Assembly: GCF_009914755.1 (NCBI RefSeq)
Contig: NC_060933.1
From: the human T2T-CHM13v2.0 reference genome, Homo sapiens
Reading direction: 5' to 3' (one strand)
DNA: 64,000 bases
Made by a program: the position numbers and the translations under genes. Each line of letters begins with the position of its first letter. The first letter of the stretch is position 1. The notes beneath the pieces were generated by a model. It saw only the letters and a program-made list of their open reading frames with translations. It was not told where the DNA came from and made no database searches. Below, piece by piece: positions 28,835 through 42,065 of the stretch.

Positions 28835-31800
28835 CCATTCCATTCCATTCCATTCCATTACAATCGAGTTGATTCCATTCCATTCCATTCCATTCCAGTC
28901 CTTTCCATTCCATTCCACTCGGGTTGATTCCATTCTATTAGTTTCCATTCCATTACATTCCCTTCCATTCCACTCTGGTTGATTCCATTCCTTTCCATTC
29001 CACTCGAATACATTCCCTCCTATTCCACTCGGAACGATTCCATTCCATTCCATTCCATTCCATTCCATTCCAGTTCGTTCCATTCCGTTCTATTCCGTTG
29101 CATTCCATTCCATTCCATTCCTTTCCATTCCATTCCTTTCTACTCGTGTTGATTCCATTACTTTCCATTCCATTCGGTTTGAAGGCATTCCATTACATTC
29201 AATTCCATTCCATTCCATTCCATTCCATTCCATTCCATTCTATTCCATTCCATTGCAATCGAGTTGAATCCATCGCCTTTCATTCCATTCCATTCCATTC
29301 CATTCCGGAAGATTCCATTCCATTGCATTCCATTCCATTCCATTCCGCTGCACTCGCGTTGATTCCATTCCATTCCATTCCATTCCATTCCGTTCCGTTC
29401 CACTCCATTCCATTCCATTCCATTCCATTCCATTCCATTCCATTCCGTTCCGTTCCATTCCATTCCATTCCATTCTATTCGGGTTAATTGAATTCCATTC
29501 CATTCGATTGCCATCGAGTTGATTCCATTCCATTCCATTCCATTCCATTCCATTCCATTCCATTCCTTTCCATTCAATTACGGATGACTCCATTCCATTG
29601 CATTCCATTCCATTCCATTCCCCTGTACTCGGGTTGATTCCATTCCATTCCATTCCACTCCATTCGTTTCCGTTGCATTCCATTCTATTGCATTCCATCT
29701 ATTCAGGTTAATTCCATTCCATTCTATTCCATTCCATTCCATTCCATTCCATTGCAATGGAGTTGATTCCATTCCATTCCATTCCATTCCGGATGATTCC
29801 ATTCCATTGCATTCCATTCCATTCCATTCCCCTGCACTCGTGTTGATTCCATTCCCTTCCATTCCATTCCATTCCGTTCCATTCCATTCCATTCCATTCT
29901 ATTCCGGTTAATTCCATTCCATTCCATTCCATTCCATTCCATTCCATTCCATTCCATTCCATTGCAATCGAGTTGATTCCATTCCATTCCTTTCCATTCC
30001 ATTCCATTGCCTTGCATTCCACTCGGGTTGATTCCATTCCCTTCTTTCCACTCCAATACATTCCCTTCCATGATTGATTCCATTCCATTCCATTCCATTT
30101 CATTCCATTGAAATCCATTCCAATCCATTCCATTCCATTCCATTCCACTCGAATTGACTTCATTCCATTCCTTTCCATTCCATTCCATTCCTTTCCACTC
30201 GAGTTGATTCCATTCCATTCCAATCCATTGCATTCCATTCCATGCCATTCCACTCGGGTTCATTCCATTCCTTTGCATTCTATTAAATTCCATTCCATTC
30301 CATTCCATTCCATTCCATTCCGTTGCATTCCATTCCATTACATTCGGATTGATTCTATTCAACTCCCTTACTCTCCATTACTTTCCATTCCATTCGGGTT
30401 GTTCCATTCCATTCCATTCCATTCCACTCCATTCCATTGCACTCGGGTTGATTCCATTCCATTCCATTCCATTCCATTCCATTCCGGATGATTCCATTCC
30501 ATTGCATTCCGTTCCATTACATTCCCCTGCACTCGCGTTGATTCCATTCCATTCCATTCCTTTCCATTCAATTCCATTCCATTACAATTCGTTCCATTCC
30601 ATTCTATTCCGTACCATTCCATTCCATTCCATACCATTCCATTCCATTCCATTCCATTCCATTCCATTCCATTCCGTTCCATTCCGTTCCATTCCATTCC
30701 ATTCCATTCTATTCGGGTTAATCCCATTCCATTCCATTCCATTCCATTCTATTCCATTCCTTTGCAATCGAGTTGAATCCACTGCATTTCATTCCATTCC
30801 ATTCCATTCCATTCCGGAAGATTCCATTCCATTGCATTCCATTCCATGCCATTCCCCTGCACTCGCGTTGATTCCATTCCATTCCATTCCATTCCATTCC
30901 ATTCCATTCCCTTCCGTTCCGTTCCATTCCATTCCATTCCATTCGATTGCAATCGAGTTGATTCCATTCCATTCCATTCCATTCCATTCCATTCCATTCA
31001 ATTCCATTCCATTACAATTCGTTCCATTCCATTCTAATCCGTACCATTCCATTCCATTCCATTCCATTCCATACCATTCCATTCCATTCCATTCCATTCC
31101 ATTCCATTCCGTTCCATTCCGTTCCATTCCATTCCATTCCATTCTATTCGGATTAATTCCATTCCATTCCATTCCATTCCATTCTATTCCATTCCATTGC
31201 AATCGAGTTGAATCCATTGCATTTAATTCCATTCCATTCCATTCCATTCCATTCCAGAAGATTCCATTCCATTGCATTCCATTCCATTCCATTCCCCTGC
31301 ACTCGCGTTGATTCCATTCCATTCCATTCCATTCCATTCCTTTCCGTTCCGTTCCATTCCATTGCATTCCCTTCAATTCCATTCCGTTCCGTTCCATTCC
31401 ATTCCATTCCATTCTATTCGGGTTAATTCCATTCCATTCCATTCGATTGCAATCGAGTTGATTCCATTCCATTCCATTCCATTCCATTCCATTCCATTCC
31501 ATTCCTTTCCATTCCATTTCGGATGATTCCATTCCATTGCATTCCATTCCATTCCATTCCCCTGTACTCAGGTTGATTCCATTCCATTCCATTCCAATCC
31601 ATGACATTCCATTCGTGTTGATTCCATTCTTTCCATTCCATTCAAGTTTAATCCATTCCATTGCATTCCATTCCATTCGATTCCATTCGATTGCACTCGG
31701 GTTGATTCCATTCCATTGCATTCCATTCCATTCCATTCAATTCCATTCCGTTCCATTCCATTCCATTACATTCGGATTGATTCTATTCAACTCCCTTACA

Positions 31801-34800
31801 CTCCATTACATTCCATTCCATTCGGGTTGTTCCATTCCATTCCATTCCATTCCACTCCATTCCATTGCACTCGGGTTGATTCCATTCAATTCCATTCCAT
31901 TCCATTCCATTCCATTCCATTCCAGAAGATTCCATTCCATTGCATTCCATTCCATTCCATTCCCCTGCACTCGCGTTGATTCCATTCCATTCCATTCTAT
32001 TCCATTCCATTCCCTTCCTTTCCGTTCCATTCCATTCCATTCCATTCCATTCATTCCATTCCGTTCCATTCCATTCCATTCCATTCCATTCTATTCGGGT
32101 TAATTCCATTCCATTCCATTCGATTGCAATCGAGTTGATTCCATTCCATTCCATTCCATTCCATTCCATTCCTTTCCTTTCCATTCCATTACGGATGATT
32201 CCATTCCATTGCATTCCATTCCATTCCATTCCCCTTTACTCGGGTTGATTCCATTCCATTCCATTCCAATCCATGCCATTCCACTCGTGTTGATTCCATT
32301 CTTTCCATTCCATTCAAGTTGAATCCATTCCATTGCATTCCATTCCATTCGATTCCATTTGATTGCACTCGGTTTGATTCCATTCCATTGCATTCCATTC
32401 CATTCCATTCCATTCCATTCCATTCCATTCCGTTCCATTCCATTCCATTACATTCGGATTGATTCTATTCAATTCCCTTACACTCCATTACACTCCATTC
32501 CATTCGGGTAGTTTCCATTCCATTCCATTCCATTCCTCTCCATTCCATTGAACTCGGGTTGATTCCATTCCATTGCATTCCATTCCATTCCATTCAATTC
32601 CATTCCGTTGCATTCCATTCCATTACATTCAGATTGATTCTATTCAACTCCCTTACTCTCCATTACATTCCATTCCATTCGGGTTGTTCCATTCCATTCC
32701 ATTCCATTCCACTCCATTCCATTGCACTCGGGTTTATTCCATTCCATTCCATTCCATTCCATTCCATTCCATTCCATTCCGGAAGATTCCATTCCATTGC
32801 ATTCCATTCCATTCCATTCCCCTGCACTCGCTTTGATTCCATTCCATTCCATTCCATTCCATTCCATTCCATTCCTTTCCGTTCCATTCCATTCCATTCC
32901 ATTCCATTCCAATCCATTCCATTCCATTCCGTTCCGTTCCATTCCATTCCATTCTATTCGGGTTAATTCCATTCCATTCCATTCGATTGCAATCGAGTTG
33001 ATTCCATTCCATTCCATTCCATTCCATTCCATTCCATTCCATTCCTTTCCATTCCATTACGGATGATTCCATTCCATTGCATTCCATTCCATTCCATTCC
33101 CCTGTACTCGGGTTGATTCCATTCCATTCCATTCCAATCCATGCCATTCCACTCGTGTTGATTCCATTCTTTCCATTCCATTCAAGTTGAATCCATTCCA
33201 TTGCATTCCATTCCATTCCATTCCCCTGCAGTCGGGTTGTTTCCATTCCATTCCATTCCATTCCATTCCATTACATTCCATTACATTCAATTCCGTTCCG
33301 TTGTACTCGTGTTGATTCCATTCCATTGCATTCCATTCCATTCCATTCCATTCCATTCCATTCCATTCCATTCCACTCCATTGCATTGCGCTCGGGTTGA
33401 TTCCATTCCATTCCCTTCCATTCCATTCCATTCCATTCCATTCCATTCTATTCTGGATGATTCCGTTCCATTGCATTCCGTTCCATTACATTCCCCTGCA
33501 CTCGGGTTGATTCCATTCCATTCCATTCCATTCCATTTGATACCATTCCATTCCAATTCTTTCCATTCCATTCTATTCCGTACCATTCCATTCCATTCCA
33601 TAGAATTCCATTCCATTCCATTCCACTCCGTTCCGTTCCGTTCCGTTCTGTTCCGTTTCATTCCATTCCATTCCATTCTATTCGGTTTAATTCCATTCCA
33701 TTCCATTCCATGCCATTCCATTCTATTCCATTCTATTGCAACCGAGTTGAATCCATTGCATTCCATTCCATTCCATTCCATTCCATTCCATTCCGGAAGA
33801 TTCCATTCCATTGCATTCCATTCCATTCCATTCCATTCCAGTCCTTTCCATTCCTTTCCATTCCATTACTGATGATTCCATTCCATTCCATTCCATTCCA
33901 TTCCATTCCATTCCGTTCCGTTCCATTCCATTCCATTCCATTCTATTCGGGTTAATTCCATTCCATTCCATTCCATTCCATTCCATTCCAATCGAGTTGA
34001 TTCCATTCCATTCCATTCCATTCCATTCCACTCCATTCCAGTCCTTTCCATTCCATTCCACTCGGGTTGATTCCAATGTATTCCTTTCCATTCCATTCCA
34101 TTCCATTGCAATGGAGTTGATTCCATTGCTTTGCATTCCATTCCATTCCATTCCATTCCGGATGATTCCATTCCATTGCATTCCATTCCATTCCATTCCC
34201 CTGCACTCGGGTTGATTCCATTCCATTCCACTCCATTCCGTTCCATTCCATTCCATTCCATTGTATTAGGGTTAATTCCATTCCATACCATTCCATTCCA
34301 TTCCATTCCATTCCATTCCATTACAATCGAGTTGATTCCATTCCATTCCATTCCATTCCAGTCCTTTCCATTCCATTCCACTCGTGTTGATTCCATTCTA
34401 TTAGTTTCCATTCCATTCCATTCCCTTCCTTTCCACTCTGGTTGATTCCATTCCTTTCCATTCCACTCGAAAACATCCCTCCTATTCCACTCGGAACGAT
34501 TCCATTCCATTCCATTCCATTCCATTCCATTCCATTCCATTCCATTCCATTCCTCTCCTTTCCATTGCACTCGGGTTGATTCCATTCCATTGCATTCCAT
34601 TCCATTCCATTCAATTCCATTCCGTTCCATTCCATTCCATTTCATTCGGATTGATTCTATTCAACTCCCTTACTCTCCATTACATTCCATTCCATTCGGG
34701 TTGTTCCATTCCATTCCATTCCATTCCACTCCATTCCATTGCACTCGGGTTGATTCCATTCAATTCCATTCCATTCCATTCCATTCCATTCCATTCCGGA

Positions 34801-35450
34801 AGATTCCATTCCATTGCATTCCATTCCATTCCATTCCCCTGCACTCGCGTTGATTCCATTCCATTCCATTCTATTCCATTCCATTCCCTTCCTTTCCGTT
34901 CCATTCCATTCCATTCCATTCCATTCCATTACATTCCGTTCCGTTCCGTTCCGTTCCATTCCATTCCATTCCATTCTATTCGGTTAATTCCATTCCATTC
35001 CATTTGATTGCAATCGAGTTGATTCCATTCCATTCCATTCCATTCCATTCCATTCCATTCCATTCCTTTCCATTCCATTACGGATGATTCCATTCCATTG
35101 CATTCCATTCCATTCCATTCCCCTGTACTCGGGTTGATTCCATTCCATTCCATTCCAATCCATGCCATTCCACTCGTGTTGATTCCATTCTTTCCATTCC
35201 ATTCAAGTTGAATCCATTCCATTGCATTTCATTCCATTTGATTCCATTCGATTGCACTCGGGTTGATTCCATTCCATTGCATTCCATTCCATTCCATTCC
35301 ATTCCATTCCATTCCGTTCCATTCCATTTCATTACATTCAGATTTATTCTATTCAATTCCCTTACACTCCATTATATTCCAATCCATTCTGGTTGTTTCC
35401 ATTCCATTCCATTCCATTTCACTCCATTCCTTTACACTCGGGTTGATTCC
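28835..35450 (+). repeat. About 6.6-kb tandem duplication, copy 1
   Basis: The ORF track repeats almost identically at offsets 6619, 6614 and 6609 (28953/35572, 31153/37767, 35078/41687). Rare variants such as CATCGCCTTT, TATTAAATT and GTTAATTGAATT are shared. Confidence 0.93.
31251..31265. promoter_or_regulatory. HSE variant with central AGAA (also at 31919, 37865, 38533)
   Basis: aTTCc-aGAAg-aTTCc; motif match only. Confidence 0.55.
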
Positions 35451-38400
35451 ATTCCATTCCATTCCATTCCATTCCATTACAATCGAGTTGATTCCATTCC
35501 ATTCCATTCCATTCCAGTCCTTTCCATTCCATTCCACTCGGGTTGATTCCATTCTATTAGTTTCCATTCCATTACATTCCCTTCCATTCCACTCTGGTTG
35601 ATTCCATTCCTTTCCATTCCACTCGAATACATTCCCTCCTATTCCACTCGGAACGATTCCATTCCATTCCATTCCATTCCATTCCATTCCAGTTCGTTCC
35701 ATTCCGTTCTATTCCGTTGCATTCCATTCCATTCCATTCCTTTCCATTCCATTCCTTTCTACTCGTGTTGATTCCATTACTTTCCATTCCATTCGGTTTG
35801 AAGGCATTCCATTACATTCAATTCCATTCCATTCCATTCCATTCCATTCCATTCCATTCTATTCCATTCCATTGCAATCGAGTTGAATCCATCGCCTTTC
35901 ATTCCATTCCATTCCATTCCATTCCGGAAGATTCCATTCCATTGCATTCCATTCCATTCCATTCCGCTGCACTCGCGTTGATTCCATTCCATTCCATTCC
36001 ATTCCATTCCGTTCCGTTCCACTCCATTCCATTCCATTCCATTCCATTCCATTCCATTCCATTCCGTTCCGTTCCATTCCATTCCATTCCATTCTATTCG
36101 GGTTAATTGAATTCCATTCCATTCGATTGCCATCGAGTTGATTCCATTCCATTCCATTCCATTCCATTCCATTCCATTCCATTCCTTTCCATTCAATTAC
36201 GGATGACTCCATTCCATTGCATTCCATTCCATTCCATTCCCCTGTACTCGGGTTGATTCCATTCCATTCCATTCCACTCCATTCGTTTCCGTTGCATTCC
36301 ATTCTATTGCATTCCATCTATTCAGGTTAATTCCATTCCATTCTATTCCATTCCATTCCATTCCATTCCATTGCAATGGAGTTGATTCCATTCCATTCCA
36401 TTCCATTCCGGATGATTCCATTCCATTGCATTCCATTCCATTCCATTCCCCTGCACTCGTGTTGATTCCATTCCCTTCCATTCCATTCCATTCCGTTCCA
36501 TTCCATTCCATTCCATTCTATTCCGGTTAATTCCATTCCATTCCATTCCATTCCATTCCATTCCATTCCATTCCATTCCATTGCAATCGAGTTGATTCCA
36601 TTCCATTCCTTTCCATTCCATTCCATTGCCTTGCATTCCACTCGGGTTGATTCCATTCCCTTCTTTCCACTCCAATACATTCCCTTCCATGATTGATTCC
36701 ATTCCATTCCATTCCATTTCATTCCATTGAAATCCATTCCAATCCATTCCATTCCATTCCATTCCACTCGAATTGACTTCATTCCATTCCTTTCCATTCC
36801 ATTCCATTCCTTTCCACTCGAGTTGATTCCATTCCATTCCAATCCATTGCATTCCATTCCATGCCATTCCACTCGGGTTCATTCCATTCCTTTGCATTCT
36901 ATTAAATTCCATTCCATTCCATTCCATTCCATTCCATTCCGTTGCATTCCATTCCATTACATTCGGATTGATTCTATTCAACTCCCTTACTCTCCATTAC
37001 ATTCCATTCCATTCGGGTTGTTCCATTCCATTCCATTCCATTCCACTCCATTCCATTGCACTCGGGTTGATTCCATTCCATTCCATTCCATTCCATTCCA
37101 TTCCGGATGATTCCATTCCATTGCATTCCGTTCCATTACATTCCCCTGCACTCGCGTTGATTCCATTCCATTCCATTCCTTTCCATTCAATTCCATTCCA
37201 TTACAATTCGTTCCATTCCATTCTATTCCGTACCATTCCATTCCATTCCATACCATTCCATTCCATTCCATTCCATTCCATTCCATTCCGTTCCATTCCG
37301 TTCCATTCCATTCCATTCCATTCTATTCGGGTTAATCCCATTCCATTCCATTCCATTCCATTCTATTCCATTCCTTTGCAATCGAGTTGAATCCACTGCA
37401 TTTCATTCCATTCCATTCCATTCCATTCCGGAAGATTCCATTCCATTGCATTCCATTCCATGCCATTCCCCTGCACTCGCGTTGATTCCATTCCATTCCA
37501 TTCCATTCCATTCCATTCCATTCCCTTCCGTTCCGTTCCATTCCATTCCATTCCATTCGATTGCAATCGAGTTGATTCCATTCCATTCCATTCCATTCCA
37601 TTCCATTCCATTCAATTCCATTCCATTACAATTCGTTCCATTCCATTCTAATCCGTACCATTCCATTCCATTCCATTCCATTCCATACCATTCCATTCCA
37701 TTCCATTCCATTCCATTCCATTCCGTTCCATTCCGTTCCATTCCATTCCATTCCATTCTATTCGGATTAATTCCATTCCATTCCATTCCATTCCATTCTA
37801 TTCCATTCCATTGCAATCGAGTTGAATCCATTGCATTTAATTCCATTCCATTCCATTCCATTCCATTCCAGAAGATTCCATTCCATTGCATTCCATTCCA
37901 TTCCATTCCCCTGCACTCGCGTTGATTCCATTCCATTCCATTCCATTCCATTCCTTTCCGTTCCGTTCCATTCCATTGCATTCCCTTCAATTCCATTCCG
38001 TTCCGTTCCATTCCATTCCATTCCATTCTATTCGGGTTAATTCCATTCCATTCCATTCGATTGCAATCGAGTTGATTCCATTCCATTCCATTCCATTCCA
38101 TTCCATTCCATTCCATTCCTTTCCATTCCATTTCGGATGATTCCATTCCATTGCATTCCATTCCATTCCATTCCCCTGTACTCAGGTTGATTCCATTCCA
38201 TTCCATTCCAATCCATGACATTCCATTCGTGTTGATTCCATTCTTTCCATTCCATTCAAGTTTAATCCATTCCATTGCATTCCATTCCATTCGATTCCAT
38301 TCGATTGCACTCGGGTTGATTCCATTCCATTGCATTCCATTCCATTCCATTCAATTCCATTCCGTTCCATTCCATTCCATTACATTCGGATTGATTCTAT

Positions 38401-41400
38401 TCAACTCCCTTACACTCCATTACATTCCATTACATTCGGGTTGTTCCATTCCATTCCATTCCATTCCACTCCATTCCATTGCACTCGGGTTGATTCCATT
38501 CAATTCCATTCCATTCCATTCCATTCCATTCCATTCCAGAAGATTCCATTCCATTGCATTCCATTCCATTCCATTCCCCTGCACTCGCGTTGATTCCATT
38601 CCATTCCATTCTATTCCATTCCATTCCCTTCCTTTCCGTTCCATTCCATTCCATTCCATTCCATTCATTCCATTCCGTTCCATTCCATTCCATTCCATTC
38701 CATTCTATTCGGGTTAATTCCATTCCATTCCATTCGATTGCAATCGAGTTGATTCCATTCCATTCCATTCCATTCCATTCCATTCCTTTCCTTTCCATTC
38801 CATTACGGATGATTCCATTCCATTGCATTCCATTCCATTCCATTCCCCTTTACTCGGGTTGATTCCATTCCATTCCATTCCAATCCATGCCATTCCACTC
38901 GTGTTGATTCCATTCTTTCCATTCCATTCAAGTTGAATCCATTCCATTGCATTCCATTCCATTCGATTCCATTTGATTGCACTCGGTTTGATTCCATTCC
39001 ATTGCATTCCATTCCATTCCATTCCATTCCATTCCATTCCATTCCGTTCCATTCCATTCCATTACATTCGGATTGATTCTATTCAATTCCCTTACACTCC
39101 ATTACACTCCATTCCATTCGGGTAGTTTCCATTCCATTCCATTCCATTCCTCTCCATTCCATTGAACTCGGGTTGATTCCATTCCATTGCATTCCATTCC
39201 ATTCCATTCAATTCCATTCCGTTGCATTCCATTCCATTACATTCAGATTGATTCTATTCAACTCCCTTACTCTCCATTACATTCCATTCCATTCGGGTTG
39301 TTCCATTCCATTCCATTCCATTCCACTCCATTCCATTGCACTCGGGTTTATTCCATTCCATTCCATTCCATTCCATTCCATTCCATTCCATTCCGGAAGA
39401 TTCCATTCCATTGCATTCCATTCCATTCCATTCCCCTGCACTCGCTTTGATTCCATTCCATTCCATTCCATTCCATTCCATTCCATTCCTTTCCGTTCCA
39501 TTCCATTCCATTCCATTCCATTCCAATCCATTCCATTCCATTCTGTTCCGTTCCATTCCATTCCATTCTATTCGGGTTAATTCCATTCCATTCCATTCGA
39601 TTGCAATCGAGTTGATTCCATTCCATTCCATTCCATTCCATTCCATTCCATTCCATTCCTTTCCATTCCATTACGGATGATTCCATTCCATTGCATTCCA
39701 TTCCATTCCATTCCCCTGTACTCGGGTTGATTCCATTCCATTCCATTCCAATCCATGCCATTCCACTCGTGTTGATTCCATTCTTTCCATTCCATTCAAG
39801 TTGAATCCATTCCATTGCATTCCATTCCATTCCATTCCCCTGCAGTCGGGTTGTTTCCATTCCATTCCATTCCATTCCATTCCATTACATTCCATTACAT
39901 TCAATTCCGTTCCGTTGTACTCGTGTTGATTCCATTCCATTGCATTCCATTCCATTCCATTCCATTCCATTCCATTCCATTCCATTCCACTCCATTGCAT
40001 TGCGCTCGGGTTGATTCCATTCCATTCCCTTCCATTCCATTCCATTCCATTCCATTCCATTCTATTCTGGATGATTCCGTTCCATTGCATTCCGTTCCAT
40101 TACATTCCCCTGCACTCGGGTTGATTCCATTCCATTCCATTCCATTCCATTTGATACCATTCCATTCCAATTCTTTCCATTCCATTCTATTCCGTACCAT
40201 TCCATTCCATTCCATAGAATTCCATTCCATTCCATTCCACTCCGTTCCGTTCCGTTCCGTTCTGTTCCGTTTCATTCCATTCCATTCCATTCTATTCGGT
40301 TTAATTCCATTCCATTCCATTCCATGCCATTCCATTCTATTCCATTCTATTGCAATCGAGTTGAATCCATTGCATTCCATTCCATTCCATTCCATTCCAT
40401 TCCATTCCGGAAGATTCCATTCCATTGCATTCCATTCCATTCCATTCCATTCCAGTCCTTTCCATTCCTTTCCATTCCATTACTGATGATTCCATTCCAT
40501 TCCATTCCATTCCATTCCATTCCATTCCGTTCCGTTCCATTCCATTCCATTCCATTCTATTCGGGTTAATTCCATTCCATTCCATTCCATTCCATTCCAT
40601 TCCAATCGAGTTGATTCCATTCCATTCCATTCCATTCCATTCCACTCCATTCCAGTCCTTTCCATTCCATTCCACTCGGGTTGATTCCAATGTATTCCTT
40701 TCCATTCCATTCCATTCCATTGCAATGGAGTTGATTCCATTGCTTTGCATTCCATTCCATTCCATTCCATTCCGGATGATTCCATTCCATTGCATTCCAT
40801 TCCATTCCATTCCCCTGCACTCGGGTTGATTCCATTCCATTCCACTCCATTCCGTTCCATTCCATTCCATTCCATTGTATTAGGGTTAATTCCATTCCAT
40901 ACCATTCCATTCCATTCCATTCCATTCCATTCCATTACAATCGAGTTGATTCCATTCCATTCCATTCCATTCCAGTCCTTTCCATTCCATTCCACTCGTG
41001 TTGATTCCATTCTATTAGTTTCCATTCCATTCCATTCCCTTCCTTTCCACTCTGGTTGATTCCATTCCTTTCCATTCCACTCGAAAACATCCCTCCTATT
41101 CCACTCGGAACGATTCCATTCCATTCCATTCCATTCCATTCCATTCCATTCCATTCCATTCCATTCCTCTCCTTTCCATTGCACTCGGGTTGATTCCATT
41201 CCATTGCATTCCATTCCATTCCATTCAATTCCATTCCGTTCCATTCCATTCCATTTCATTCGGATTGATTCTATTCAACTCCCTTACTCTCCATTACATT
41301 CCATTCCATTCGGGTTGTTCCATTCCATTCCATTCCATTCCACTCCATTCCATTGCACTCGGGTTGATTCCATTCAATTCCATTCCATTCCATTCCATTC

Positions 41401-42065
41401 CATTCCATTCCGGAAGATTCCATTCCATTGCATTCCATTCCATTCCATTCCCCTGCACTCGCGTTGATTCCATTCCATTCCATTCTATTCCATTCCATTC
41501 CCTTCCTTTCCGTTCCATTCCATTCCATTCCATTCCATTCCATTACATTCCGTTCCGTTCCGTTCCGTTCCATTCCATTCCATTCCATTCTATTCGGTTA
41601 ATTCCATTCCATTCCATTTGATTGCAATCGAGTTGATTCCATTCCATTCCATTCCATTCCATTCCATTCCATTCCTTTCCATTCCATTACGGATGATTCC
41701 ATTCCATTGCATTCCATTCCATTCCATTCCCCTGTACTCGGGTTGATTCCATTCCATTCCATTCCAATCCATGCCATTCCACTCGTGTTGATTCCATTCT
41801 TTCCATTCCATTCAAGTTGAATCCATTCCATTGCATTTCATTCCATTTGATTCCATTCGATTGCACTCGGGTTGATTCCATTCCATTGCATTCCATTCCA
41901 TTCCATTCCATTCCATTCCATTCCGTTCCATTCCATTTCATTACATTCAGATTTATTCTATTCAATTCCCTTACACTCCATTATATTCCAATCCATTCTG
42001 GTTGTTTCCATTCCATTCCATTCCATTTCACTCCATTCCTTTACACTCGGGTTGATTCCATTCCA
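35451..42065 (+). repeat. About 6.6-kb tandem duplication, copy 2
   Basis: As for copy 1; the novel join ttTACACTCGGGTTG-(ATTCC)n-ATTACAATCGAG lies at about 35432-35477. Confidence 0.93.
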
